Of a stretch of DNA of 64,000 nt, positions 11,005 through 20,391 are shown piece after piece. The position numbers and the translations under genes were made by a program. The DNA comes from an uncultured Planctomycetota bacterium (GTDB lineage: Bacteria > Planctomycetota > Planctomycetia > Isosphaerales > Isosphaeraceae), in NCBI GenBank assembly GCA_963737655.1, contig CAVTTN010000002.1:4704001-4768000 (forward strand), given 5' to 3'. The notes beneath the pieces were generated by a model. The model made no database searches. It was not told the DNA's origin and saw nothing but the letters and a program-made list of their open reading frames with translations. The stretch's first letter is position 1; every line of letters starts with the position of its first letter.

Positions 11005-12504
11005 ATGAGCGTTCGAACGATCCTCGGGGCGGTGCTCGCCTCCTCGGCGATCTCGGGAGCGGCCCTGGCGGCCGACCCCCCTCTGGCCGATCAACTCGTC
11101 GGGCTCGGCCTCCAGGCTCGGAAGGCCGGGCAGGCCGGGCAGGCCGAGCGGTTCTATCGCCGGGCCCTGGAACTGAGTCCCGGACATCCCGAGGCGCATC
11201 GAGGGATCAACCAACTCCGGCTCGTCGTCCGGGCCCGGGGGACGGCGGAGAGCGCCTCGGCCCCCGGGCCGGGCCAGGCCACCCTCGAACGCGCGGAGCA
11301 ATTCCGGAGGATCCTGGTCCAGCAACTCACCGCGGCCACCGGGGAGAGGATCGCCCAGGCCCGCGACGAGCTCGATCGCTACAATCCCGAGGGCGCCCTG
11401 AATCTCCTCCGACTGGGAATGACGGCCGTCTCGGGCGACGACCAGGTGCCGGCCTCGGTTCGAGACGCCCTGATCGGCCGCCTTCGGGCCGAGTATGCCG
11501 CAACGGTCCGGCGAGAGGAGGACGTTCAACTCCACCAGGCCGAGACGTTCCGCCTCCAGCAAGTCGCCCAGCAACGTGCCCGCGTCCTGGAACAGCTTGA
11601 GACGAACCAGGAGACCGTCAACGCCCTGATGACGCGATTTGATTCCTTGATGGCTCAGGGTCAGTACAACGTCCTGTTCAACGGCGGCACCGGCAACATC
11701 GCCAGGGCCATCGCCCCGTTCGCCGAGGCCCACCTGTTCGCCCAGCAGGCTCGCGCCCTCGACCCCAACGACCCAACCCCCGCCGTCGGCCTCGACGTCA
11801 GCCAGTTCATCGGCTCGCTGGCCAATGAGCTCTCGTTCGAGGAACTGAAGGAATATCGATTCCTCCTGACCATGAACGACGTGACGCGAGCCAGCGTCCC
11901 ATTCCCCGACACCATCACCATCGAGTACCCGGACGCCGAACATTGGCGAGAAATCTCCGAGAAACGCATCAAGCGGTACGAGAGCGTGTCGCTCGACTCC
12001 CGGGACGCCAGGAGCCAGGCCATCCTCGCCAAGCTGGATCAGCCCGTGTCGATGCCTTTCGGCAACGAGACGCCTCTTGAGGACGTGATCAAGTACGTCA
12101 AATCCTCAACCACGGATGCGGCAATGCCCCAGGGCATCCCGATTTACGTCGATCCGGTCGGCCTCCAGGAAGCGGAGAAGACGATGGCCTCGCCCATCAC
12201 TCTGAACCTCGATGGCGTCCCCTTGAAGAAGTCGTTGAAGCTCTTGCTGAAGCAGTTGGACCTGACCTACACGGTCAAGGACGGGCTGCTGACCATCACC
12301 TCGACGGCCTCGAAGGACCAGCCGACCGAGATCCGCGTCTACCCCGTGGCCGACCTCGCCATCATCCCGTTCTCGCTCCTGGGAGGCGGAGGCGGTGGTG
12401 GTGGCGGATTCGGCGGAGGTGGAGGCGGGTTCGGCGGCGGAGGACTCGGGGGCGGAGGCGGAGGACTCGGAGGCGGAGGCGGGTTCGGCGCCGGGGCCCG
12501 GTGA
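11005..12504 (+). CDS. Exported protein with TPR-like N-terminus, secretin-N/STN-like domain and Gly-rich tail
   Basis: Signal peptide; ETPLEDVIKYV...ITLNLDGVPLKKSLKLLLKQLDLTYTVKDGLLTITS...RVYPVADL; ends in GGGGF/GGGGL repeats. Confidence 0.75.
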   Translation: MSVRTILGAVLASSAISGAALAADPPLADQLVGLGLQARKAGQAGQAERFYRRALELSPGHPEAHRGINQLRLVVRARGTAESASAPGPGQATLERAEQFRRILVQQLTAATGERIAQARDELDRYNPEGALNLLRLGMTAVSGDDQVPASVRDALIGRLRAEYAATVRREEDVQLHQAETFRLQQVAQQRARVLEQLETNQETVNALMTRFDSLMAQGQYNVLFNGGTGNIARAIAPFAEAHLFAQQARALDPNDPTPAVGLDVSQFIGSLANELSFEELKEYRFLLTMNDVTRASVPFPDTITIEYPDAEHWREISEKRIKRYESVSLDSRDARSQAILAKLDQPVSMPFGNETPLEDVIKYVKSSTTDAAMPQGIPIYVDPVGLQEAEKTMASPITLNLDGVPLKKSLKLLLKQLDLTYTVKDGLLTITSTASKDQPTEIRVYPVADLAIIPFSLLGGGGGGGGGFGGGGGGFGGGGLGGGGGGLGGGGGFGAGAR

Positions 12505-12585
12505 TCGATGGCCGATTTCGTCCCCGATTCCCAGAGGCACTATCGAGAGTCAGTTGACCTCAGATCACCAGAAAGGCAGGGATCG

Positions 12586-14223
12586 ATGAACACACATGGG
12601 AAGACGATGGGCCTGGCCGTGGCGATCGCGGCGGGCCTGGCGGCGACGAGTTGGGGAGGCGACCGAAACGCCCCGGCCGAGCTGCCGCACGTTTCGGTGG
12701 TCCACGGTCTCCGCTCCGGGGTCCTGGAGGTGAGGGCCGAAGGCCGGGGAGACGGCCGGATGACTCTCTCGATCACCAATCGTTCGCGCCGGGCCCTGAG
12801 GGTCGTTCTGCCGCCGGGCCTGGTGGCCTCGGGTCCGTCGGGCCAGTTCGGCGGCGGAGGATTCGGGGGAGGCGGCGGAGGATTCGGGGGAGGAGGACTG
12901 GGAGGCGGCGGCGGCCTCGGGGGAGGTGGCGGCGGTCTCGGCGGAGGAGGACTGGGCGGCGGCGGTCTCGGTGGATTGGGAGGCGGTGGACTGGGCGGCG
13001 GTGGTGGACTGGGCGGCGGTGGCGGTGGAGGACTCGGTGGCGGAGGAGGCGGGTTCGGCGGAGCCGGAGGAGGTGCGGGAGCGGCCGTCCTCCCCGCGTC
13101 GTCGGGCATGATCCTCCTGGGGCGGATCATCATGAACCTGGCCGGCGAAAAGGATAGCTGGGACTTTACCTCGCTGACCTCGGGAGGACTCGGAGGAGGC
13201 GGAGGACTCGGCGGCCTGGGCGGAGGCGGAGGACTCGGCGGGGGCGGCCTCGGTGGTGGAGGAGGATTCGGGGGCGGGGGCGGAGGGTTCCGCTCGGTCG
13301 ATCCCGCCGGACCCGCCTCGGCGGTGCTGGCTCCGGGGCAAACGCGCGACCTCCCCACCCGACTGGTCAGCCTGAATCCCCCGGGCGACGAGGGCCGGGT
13401 CGTGATGCCGGCCCAGGGGGAACGGCTGGAGATCGGCGACGTTCAGGATCTGGACCTCGACCCCAGGCTCCGGGCCACCCTGATCGACCTGGGTTCGAGC
13501 CAGGCGCCGGTGACCGTGGCCCAACTCGTCCTGTGGAATCAGGCTGGAAGGCTGGACTGGGACGCCCTGGCGGCCCTGAGCCGTCCGTGGGCGAACGCTC
13601 ACGAGATCACCCTGGCCCGCGCGTTCGCCGAACGAGGCACGGCGGACCGGCCCCGAGGGTCGATCCACCTGGCCATCGAAGGGAACGACCCGGAGGCCGC
13701 CGCTCTGGGGTCGGCCCTGAGCGGTCGGACCGTCCTGGGCCTCCCGGTCGATCCGCGGATCCCCGATTCGCCCGACGGCCCCGCGATCGCCGCGAGGGCC
13801 CGGTTTGTGGGCCGAGAGATGTCGGTCCAGGTCAAGGTCAGCGACCCGTCCGGCTCGGCCTGGGCCTCCGCCGGGAAATTCACGATCGCCAGGTTCGACC
13901 CGAAAGGCGAGGCCCTTTCGCCCGAGGTCCTGGCCGACCGCCTGGCCGGCGGAGTGCTCGACCGCCTGGTGATCGCCCGGGTCGTCCGGGGCGCCAAGGC
14001 CCGGGGGAAGGACGGATTCACGATCCGAATCGAGAACGCCTCGCCGATGATTCTTCGAGGAATCACGATCGCCGGCGCGAACGACCAGCGGCCCTCGACG
14101 GTCTCCGGCCTCGGCCTCCCGCCGCGGAAGGCGCTTTCGGTGCCGATCTCGTCCGAGGCCCTCGAACGGCTCGGCCTGAAGGGCGGGGCCCGAGTCCGGG
14201 CGGCGGAGCTCGGATCCTTGTAA
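12586..14223 (+). CDS. Exported Gly-rich hypothetical protein
   Basis: Signal peptide (GLAVAIAAGLAATSWG); two long GGGGF/GGGGL blocks between globular segments. Confidence 0.75.
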   Translation: MNTHGKTMGLAVAIAAGLAATSWGGDRNAPAELPHVSVVHGLRSGVLEVRAEGRGDGRMTLSITNRSRRALRVVLPPGLVASGPSGQFGGGGFGGGGGGFGGGGLGGGGGLGGGGGGLGGGGLGGGGLGGLGGGGLGGGGGLGGGGGGGLGGGGGGFGGAGGGAGAAVLPASSGMILLGRIIMNLAGEKDSWDFTSLTSGGLGGGGGLGGLGGGGGLGGGGLGGGGGFGGGGGGFRSVDPAGPASAVLAPGQTRDLPTRLVSLNPPGDEGRVVMPAQGERLEIGDVQDLDLDPRLRATLIDLGSSQAPVTVAQLVLWNQAGRLDWDALAALSRPWANAHEITLARAFAERGTADRPRGSIHLAIEGNDPEAAALGSALSGRTVLGLPVDPRIPDSPDGPAIAARARFVGREMSVQVKVSDPSGSAWASAGKFTIARFDPKGEALSPEVLADRLAGGVLDRLVIARVVRGAKARGKDGFTIRIENASPMILRGITIAGANDQRPSTVSGLGLPPRKALSVPISSEALERLGLKGGARVRAAELGSL

Positions 14224-14229
14224 CCAAAA

Positions 14230-15018
14230 TCACTCGACGGCGATCAGGTCCTTGATCTTGCCGAACTGGGCGTCCTTGATCCCCTTGACCTTCTTGATGT
14301 CTTCAATCGAGGAGAAGGGGCGGGCCTCGATGATCAGCCTGGCCTTCGCCGGGCCGATGCCGGGAAGCTCGTCGAGCTCGGCTTCCGAGGCGGTGTTGAT
14401 GTTGATTTTCGTCCCGAAGGGGGCGGCCGGGGCCGTGTTCGCCCTGGCCTTCGACTTCGTCTTCGTCTTCGCCTCGGGAGCGGCGGCGGCCTCCATCTTC
14501 GGACGGGTCGCCGCCCCTTTCGTCGTGGCCTTCCCGGCGGCTTTCTCGGGGAATCCGCCGAATTTCAGCCGGCCCCGGAGCGCGTCGATCTTCGCCTCGG
14601 CCAAACCCGGCACCTTCGCCAGATCGTCGTAACCCGAGACCGGCCGGGCCTCAACGATCGCTCGGGCCAAGGCTGCGGTGATCCCGGGAAGGGTCTGGAG
14701 CCGCTCGACCGGGTCGGCATTCGCGTCCACCGGACTCGGCAACGGGCGGACCGTCACCATCGCCCGGAACTTCGCCAGGGTCGCCGCCGAAACGCCGCTC
14801 CGGGTCAGATCCTCGACGCTCGCGAAGGGACGGCCATCCAGGATCTTCCTCGCCGTGGCCGGCCCCACGCCCGGAAGCGCGATCAATTCGGCCTTCGTCG
14901 CCGAATTCAGGTCCACCGAAGGGGCCGGAGCGTCCTCGTCCGTCGCCTGGGCCCTCGCCGACGGCGGGACGAGCAGGCAGAACGCCAGGGCCAGGAAGAA
15001 TCGCTTCGTCGCGAGCAT
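14230..15018 (-). CDS. ComEA-like helix-hairpin-helix DNA-binding protein (3 HhH units)
   Basis: Signal peptide; [48 protein letters not shown]. Confidence 0.88.
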   Translation of the reverse strand: MLATKRFFLALAFCLLVPPSARAQATDEDAPAPSVDLNSATKAELIALPGVGPATARKILDGRPFASVEDLTRSGVSAATLAKFRAMVTVRPLPSPVDANADPVERLQTLPGITAALARAIVEARPVSGYDDLAKVPGLAEAKIDALRGRLKFGGFPEKAAGKATTKGAATRPKMEAAAAPEAKTKTKSKARANTAPAAPFGTKININTASEAELDELPGIGPAKARLIIEARPFSSIEDIKKVKGIKDAQFGKIKDLIAVE

Positions 15019-15117
15019 GAAACACCTTCTGGGCGATCGGGACGACGATCGGGGAGCATTCGGGGTGAAATTTTATCCATCCCCCGCCGTCGCCGCAAGC
15101 CTCCGGCGGTGGACTTT

Positions 15118-15237
15118 CAGGGCCGTTCCTTCTCGATGCAACTTCTGCCGCAAGGTCCTGGGGTAGCACGGGTTCCGAGGACGCAACCCGTGCCAATCAC
15201 GAAAGTTACGGCTCGGTTTGACCCGACAACGAAACGG
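15118..15237. repeat. Dispersed intergenic element, REP family E, copy 1
   Basis: Aligns with 34403-34559. Core CACGGGTTCCGAGGACGCAACCCGTGCCAA is identical in both; similarity runs to AACGAAACGG. Confidence 0.8.
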
Positions 15238-15383
15238 GTTCGGGTGGGCCTCCGGGGCGTTCGACCGCCGGGAGGAACGCATGGGAACATTTTAGTACCG
15301 AAAGGACGATCGCGGGGGGTCGAGTCCTGGAATTTGGGACTTTCTGGGGTGGCCCCGGCTCGAGTTTAGCGCCGACCGTGTCG

Positions 15384-15477
15384 GACGGCGTTTTCGTAGG
15401 GTCCGCTCTTGCGGACCTCTTCAATCACCCTTCGTCTCGAAGAGGTCCGCAAGAGCGGACCCGACGAAAACGCCGTC
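15384..15477. repeat. REPIN, family D
   Basis: GACGGCGTTTTCGTAGGGTCCGCTCTTGCGGACCTCTTC...GAAGAGGTCCGCAAGAGCGGACCCGACGAAAACGCCGTC; ~39-bp arms with 1 mismatch. Confidence 0.85.
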
Positions 15478-15841
15478 TTTCCCGCTCAACACGAACCGGT
15501 TCGGGAGCGACACCCGATCGCAGGCCGGAAGGGCCGCCGCATCGACCGCAACTTACCCCGACAACACCATCGGGACCGAGGCACCGGGCGATCACTCGAT
15601 CCCAAAAACCGCCCCCAAGTCCCTCGGCCCGGCCCGCCCGTTCGCACCCCCGAAGTGCGCAGGGTTTCGGACGCGAAACGAGGAAAATCGGCGAGAAAGA
15701 CGCTCTCCATAAACCCATGCGATTTGACGGGTTGCGAGTCAAATAACAACAATCTATCATGTTTGCACTCGAATGGCGCGCACGGCGACTGCGCACGCGG
15801 AAATGGCGGAAAAACGGCCCTCCGAGGCACTTTTCGGGGGG

Positions 15842-15878
15842 AAAGTGTAGTCAAGTTCGGGAAAAGTGTAGTCAAGTT
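15842..15878. repeat. Direct repeat AAAGTGTAGTCAAGTT x2 at 21-bp spacing
   Basis: Exact 16-mers at 15842-15857 and 15863-15878 in an AT-rich intergenic tract. Confidence 0.8.
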
Positions 15879-16212
15879 TTCCTCAAGATCCATGCCGATT
15901 TGCATGATAATCTGGCAAACTTCTTCGCAATTTCTCATGCGGATGCCACGATCGCCACACGACCGACGGCCCGCCTCCGCCGAGATCGGGCGTACCCGTC
16001 GCCCGTTTGCACGCTAATTTTTATCGAACACATCGTAATATTTCATCCACGTGTCGCCGAGACACCGAGTTCGATTTCGCTTGACGACCCGCCCGGCGCC
16101 GGTCAAGCTTGCATGCGTTCGGGGCGAGGGACCGGGCCGACCAATCGACGGACCCCGCCCCAACTTCATCGAATATTCTTCTGTTGATTTCATGTCATTT
16201 CAAGGACAAGGG

Positions 16213-16581
16213 ATGCGATCGGCCGACCGGACCGGAGTTGCCCGGAGGCTCGGGGGGTTGGGCCTCCTCCATCTTTCTCGCCTCCTGGTTGCGGCGACGA
16301 TGGCGGCCGGCTGCGGCCGGGGCGCGAGCCCGGCCCCTCGGCCCTCGGCGCCGATCGCCGCCGAATCCGGCCCCCTCGACGAGGCCGGGGTCCTGGCGAT
16401 CGCCCGTCGAGCCGTGGCGACGAACGAGGACTGGCTCGAGCAGGCGGTCTTCGACCCGCCCCGACGCGACGGCTCGGGCTGGAGCGTGCTCGTCCGGGAG
16501 TCGCCGGCGGCGCCCGGGGGCCACCGATTGATCCGGATCGACCGGGACGGCAAGATCCTGCAATACCTGCGAGGAAGTTGA
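16213..16581 (+). CDS. Small putative lipoprotein
   Basis: Lipobox-like TMAAGC; compact C-terminal domain ...WSVLVRESPAAPGGHRLIRIDRDGKILQYLRG. Start codon uncertain. Confidence 0.6.
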   Translation: MRSADRTGVARRLGGLGLLHLSRLLVAATMAAGCGRGASPAPRPSAPIAAESGPLDEAGVLAIARRAVATNEDWLEQAVFDPPRRDGSGWSVLVRESPAAPGGHRLIRIDRDGKILQYLRGS

Positions 16582-16688
16582 GCGGGGATGGGACGATCCA
16601 ATCAACGATCGCAAGAATTTTCCCGAAACATACACCACAACCTGATCCCGCGATCCGCCGGCCTGGTCTTCCCGGGAGTTTCGATCCG

Positions 16689-17207
16689 ATGCAACCGATC
16701 GCCGTTTATGAGGAGAGGCGGCCCGAGCGGCGGTTCCGGTTCGAGCTCTTCCCCGAGGCCATCGAGGTCCGCGGATCGACGACCCAGACGGACGTGGAGA
16801 TCTCGATCCCCCTGGTCCAGCTCCATCCGTCGATCGCCCGGGTCTGGTCCTTGCCGTACTGGTTCCACGTGGGGGTCTGGGTATTCCTCCTCGGGATCGT
16901 TTCGCTCATGGCCCTCGTCGTGTACGTGATGAGCCAGGAGCTTCGGATCGTCCCCCCGGTATGGATGGGCTTCACGGCCCTGGGCGTGACGGCGGGGATC
17001 GTGGTGATGGTCTGGAACCGGCGGAAGACCGAGACCGCCCGGTTCCAGTCCGACGCGGGGATCACGATCCTGGCGATCGCGAAAACGGCCCGGAACGCCG
17101 AGGCGTATGACGAGTTCCTCGCCCTCCTCCAGAAGCAAATCCGGATCGCCCGGGGCGGGGCGGGCCTCCGCAACCCCTCGCTCCCGATCGCGGACGTCGA
17201 TTCCTGA
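16689..17207 (+). CDS. Hypothetical membrane protein (2 TM)
   Basis: Two hydrophobic helices; GC3-rich codons. Confidence 0.7.
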   Translation: MQPIAVYEERRPERRFRFELFPEAIEVRGSTTQTDVEISIPLVQLHPSIARVWSLPYWFHVGVWVFLLGIVSLMALVVYVMSQELRIVPPVWMGFTALGVTAGIVVMVWNRRKTETARFQSDAGITILAIAKTARNAEAYDEFLALLQKQIRIARGGAGLRNPSLPIADVDS

Positions 17208-17412
17208 CACCTCCCGGCGCATGGATTCCGGTCAAGCCCTGACCGGCGGCCGGGGAGAGGGGGTCGGCCATGCCCGACGGGCCCTCCTCACCCCTCCGAC
17301 CCGGAAAAACTCGAGGACCGGCGAGATTCCGCGGAATGCTCGGCCCGGCCGGCCGTATCTGGGATGTGGCCCGGAGGCCGATTCCCCCCAAGCCCCACGA
17401 GGGACGGCTCGC

Positions 17413-18208
17413 ATGTCGCCGAAGGATTTCCAGCAGAGGTACAAGGAGCTCGCCCCGGACCTGACCTCGGTCACGGGCCTGCACGTGGACAAATATGCCA
17501 TGTACAAGGACTCCGATACCGACATGCACAACAAGATCGACGCCGTGAAGTCGGCCGCGATCGCCTTCAACCACGAGTTCCAGACCTCGGGGCCGTCGTC
17601 GAAGGGGTACGCGGTGGGCGTGAGCGACCGGGCGTTCGCCTTCGCCAAGATCAGCCGGGCCTCGCCCGCCCAGCTCGAGAGCATCCTGACCGCCGGGGTC
17701 GTCTCCGGCCACCTGAAGGACGACTCCACGGCCCTCCAGAGCTTCGTGGACGACTGCTTCCGCACCGACTGCGTGGGGTTCGTGGAGCTCGTACTTCCGA
17801 ACTGAGAGGGGCGAGGACTTCTTCTCGGTGGACAACGTGGCCAACCACGGCTGCGGCCCGTTCTTCGACAAGGCGAAGTCGAATGGCCAGTTCATCTGGG
17901 ACCCGGCGGACATCCGGCAGAGGGACGTGATCCTCTGGATGCTGGAGGACCGCTCGGAGACGAGGAAGCCGGTCGGGCACATCTCCCTGATCGACAACGT
18001 CGTGGCCCCGGGCGAGGCGGGCGGGGCGTTCACGCTCAACTGCGCCGAGTCCAACGGCTCCACGGGCGCGGACCCCAGGCTGACCGCCCGGGAACTCAAG
18101 GCGAGCAAGGCCGCCGACGGCTCGTCCTCCTACGTCCAGGGGGCGGCCGGCAAGCGGTATCTCCTCCTCGGAGACGACTCGAAGGTCATCATCATCCGCA
18201 TGAATTAG
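17413..18208 (+). CDS. NlpC/P60/CHAP-like papain-fold cysteine hydrolase, split by a frameshift near 17786
   Basis: Joined reading ...TDCVGFVSSYFRTERGEDFFSVDNV...RDVILW...VGHISLI...CAESNG gives the DCxGFV / GH / ES pattern. Confidence 0.65.
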
Positions 18209-18220
18209 AGCCGTTCACGA

Positions 18221-18318
18221 TCGGATGGCGCACGACGGGTCCGGTAGGGCAGGCCGAGGCCTGCCGTCTGCGCGGGTCTCGGCAGGCCAGGGCCTGCCCT
18301 ACGGGGGGCGCCATCCGA
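18221..18318. repeat. REPIN, family C, nested in an outer inverted repeat
   Basis: GTAGGGCAGGCCGAGGCCTGCC at 18244-18265 and a reverse copy at 18281-18302; outer TCGGATGGCGC/GCGCCATCCGA. Confidence 0.85.
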
Positions 18319-18330
18319 CCGAGGAACGCT

Positions 18331-19698
18331 CTATCGGGCCGCCTTGAGGCCGAGCGCGATGTCCTCGGAGAATTTCGGGGCCTCCAGCGTGACGTCGTTT
18401 CCGCCCTCGATCGTCCCGGACGGCCCGGCGTGGCCGGTCTTCGGGTCGAGCCATTCGAAGCGGTATTTTCCCGGCGGCAGGGCGAGGGTGATCGTCGCGG
18501 CGGGGCCGCCCCTCAGGTAGACGGCGTATTGCCCCCCCTTCTTCGAGAGGACGCGGGCGGACGCCCCCTTCACTCGCTTCGCGGCCTCGACGTCGGGGGC
18601 CATGTGGAGGAAGTCGAACCCTTCGAGGAACGTCTTGAGCGTGGCGAGCTGCGAGCGGAGGGCCGGGCCCCCGCCTCCGGGCGTGGGGTCCTTGACCGGC
18701 TCGGTCCCATCCTCGTGGGCCGTGGTGAACGAGTAGTCGAGATTGTCATAGGTCGAACCTCCGGCGAGGAGGAATTCCCAGGCCTCGACGCGATAGGGGA
18801 GGTCGGCCGTCCCGCGGAAGCCGGTCTCGTCGTCGCCGATCGCGGCCCGGATGTTGGCGTTCATCGCGATCGTGTCGGGCGGCGTGGCGTAGTGGAAATT
18901 GAACAGGCCGACGTCCGGGTGCGCCGGCTCGACCTTCGCCTTGCCGTTGGCGACGTTCTGGGCGATCAGGTGCTTCCCGGGCCGGTCGCGCTCGGCCTCG
19001 ACGATCGCCTCGGCCACTCGTTTCTGCCAGGGGATCGTCACCCCGCCGAAATAGGGCTCGTTGCAGATCTCGAACACCAGGTTGTCGAATCCGGCCAGCT
19101 CCTTGACGGCCCGGTCCACGAACGCGAGCTGCTTGCCGAGCAAATCGGGATGCTTGAGCGTGTAGACCTCTTCCCTCGGGCAGTTGCCGACGCCATTCGC
19201 ATTGTTCCTGGCGTTCATGGGATTGACGGCCCAGAGGGAGTCGTCGTACAGGGGGCAGAACAGCGTGTACTCGACGACGATCCCGCGGTCCCCGGCGTCG
19301 GCGACGAACGCCTTGAGGCGGCGGAAATAGGCGTCGTCATATTTGTCCAAATCGAACCGTTCCGGCTTGCCCGGCTCGCCGACGATCGCCCACGGGCAGG
19401 CGAACCGGCCTGGCCTGGGGGCGAGGGTGTTGTCCTTGATGGAGAACGAGCCGGGGACCTCGCGATACGTGCCCGAGAACGTCCGGGTGAAGTTGAAGCC
19501 GCGTCGGTTCAGCTCGTCGAGGTAGGGTTTCGGGTCGAAATCGAGGTTCAGGACGGCCCCGTAATGCTCGCCGGAGGTCAGGAGGAAGGCGGGCTTGTCG
19601 CGGAAGAGGAAATAGCGGGGGTTCTCGGGATGGAGGCGGATCGGCCCGGCCGGGCCGGGGAGGGCGACGGCCCATGCCAGGGATAAGGCGGCGATCAT
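18331..19698 (-). CDS. Exported glycoside hydrolase-like protein (GH5/DUF4038-type barrel plus C-terminal beta domain)
   Basis: Signal MIAALSLAWAVALPG; HPENPRYF; FEICNEPY (acid/base) and GDDETG (nucleophile); YAVYL...YRFEWLDPKTG tail. Confidence 0.7.
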   Translation of the reverse strand: MIAALSLAWAVALPGPAGPIRLHPENPRYFLFRDKPAFLLTSGEHYGAVLNLDFDPKPYLDELNRRGFNFTRTFSGTYREVPGSFSIKDNTLAPRPGRFACPWAIVGEPGKPERFDLDKYDDAYFRRLKAFVADAGDRGIVVEYTLFCPLYDDSLWAVNPMNARNNANGVGNCPREEVYTLKHPDLLGKQLAFVDRAVKELAGFDNLVFEICNEPYFGGVTIPWQKRVAEAIVEAERDRPGKHLIAQNVANGKAKVEPAHPDVGLFNFHYATPPDTIAMNANIRAAIGDDETGFRGTADLPYRVEAWEFLLAGGSTYDNLDYSFTTAHEDGTEPVKDPTPGGGGPALRSQLATLKTFLEGFDFLHMAPDVEAAKRVKGASARVLSKKGGQYAVYLRGGPAATITLALPPGKYRFEWLDPKTGHAGPSGTIEGGNDVTLEAPKFSEDIALGLKAAR

Positions 19699-19750
19699 GG
19701 GAGAGGGTCCTCGGGTTCTCGGGATTCCGGGGCGAGCTTCGCGCGGAGGC

Positions 19751-20280
19751 TCAGCCGGCGTTCGGCCCCTCGGCCGGGCGCAGAGGGCTTCGGCCTCCCG
19801 ACGGCGCTGGAGGTCCCGGTAGAAGCCGATCTCCAGGCGGTTGCTGCGGAGGGCGGCGTGGGCCTCGCGGACGAGGTTCACGCTGGCCCCCAGGAGCAGG
19901 GCCACGCCGGCCATCGAGAGGCTCGTGGGGACGAATTCCAGGCGGTTGCCCACCAGGATGTCCAGGGCGACGGTCAGGCTCGCGCCGACGAACGCGGCGA
20001 AGGCCAGGTAGAGCATGGTCAGGGCCAGGCGGACTCGGTCGCTCCGCCACTGGAGGCGGTCGAGCTGGTCCGAGGCGTGGGCGATCCGCGAATGGACGTA
20101 ATCCACGCCGAGGGCCCCTCGGCAGAGGGCGTCCCCCTGGTCGTTCAGGACGCGGATTCGGTCCACGATCCGGGACATGCGATTGGATGTGGAGATGATC
20201 AAGGAGCCATTGGCCGAAAGGAAGATGGCCGGGGTGATCATGGCCGAGAGCGTGCTATAATTCACGGCGGAATCCGTCAT
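19751..20280 (-). CDS. DUF2721-like membrane protein; an apparent indel near 19777 fuses it in silico to the next gene
   Basis: SAMITPAIFLSANGSLIISTSNRMSRIVDRIR; 3 TM. The alternative frame ends PAEGPNAG* at 19751. Confidence 0.75.
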
Positions 20281-20391
20281 GGGAGAGTCCTCGGGGCCGA
20301 CCCGGCTTCCCGGGCGGAAATCCGGAGATAGGACGATAGCCGCCCCGGCCTCCCTCCGCTAGAATGGTCCCCGACGCGCGGACGATCGCCG

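Noticed and set aside
15020..16200. Replication origin or coding genes in the long AT-rich intergenic tract
   Set aside because: No cluster of TTATCCACA boxes (only isolated 2-mismatch hits), no dnaA/dnaN nearby, and the ORFs lack the genome's codon bias.
18331..20280. Novel DUF2721-glycoside hydrolase fusion (649-aa ORF)
   Set aside because: The linker is low-quality Arg/Pro sequence, the hydrolase has its own Met and signal peptide, and an alternative-frame stop lies at 19751. Probably an indel artefact.
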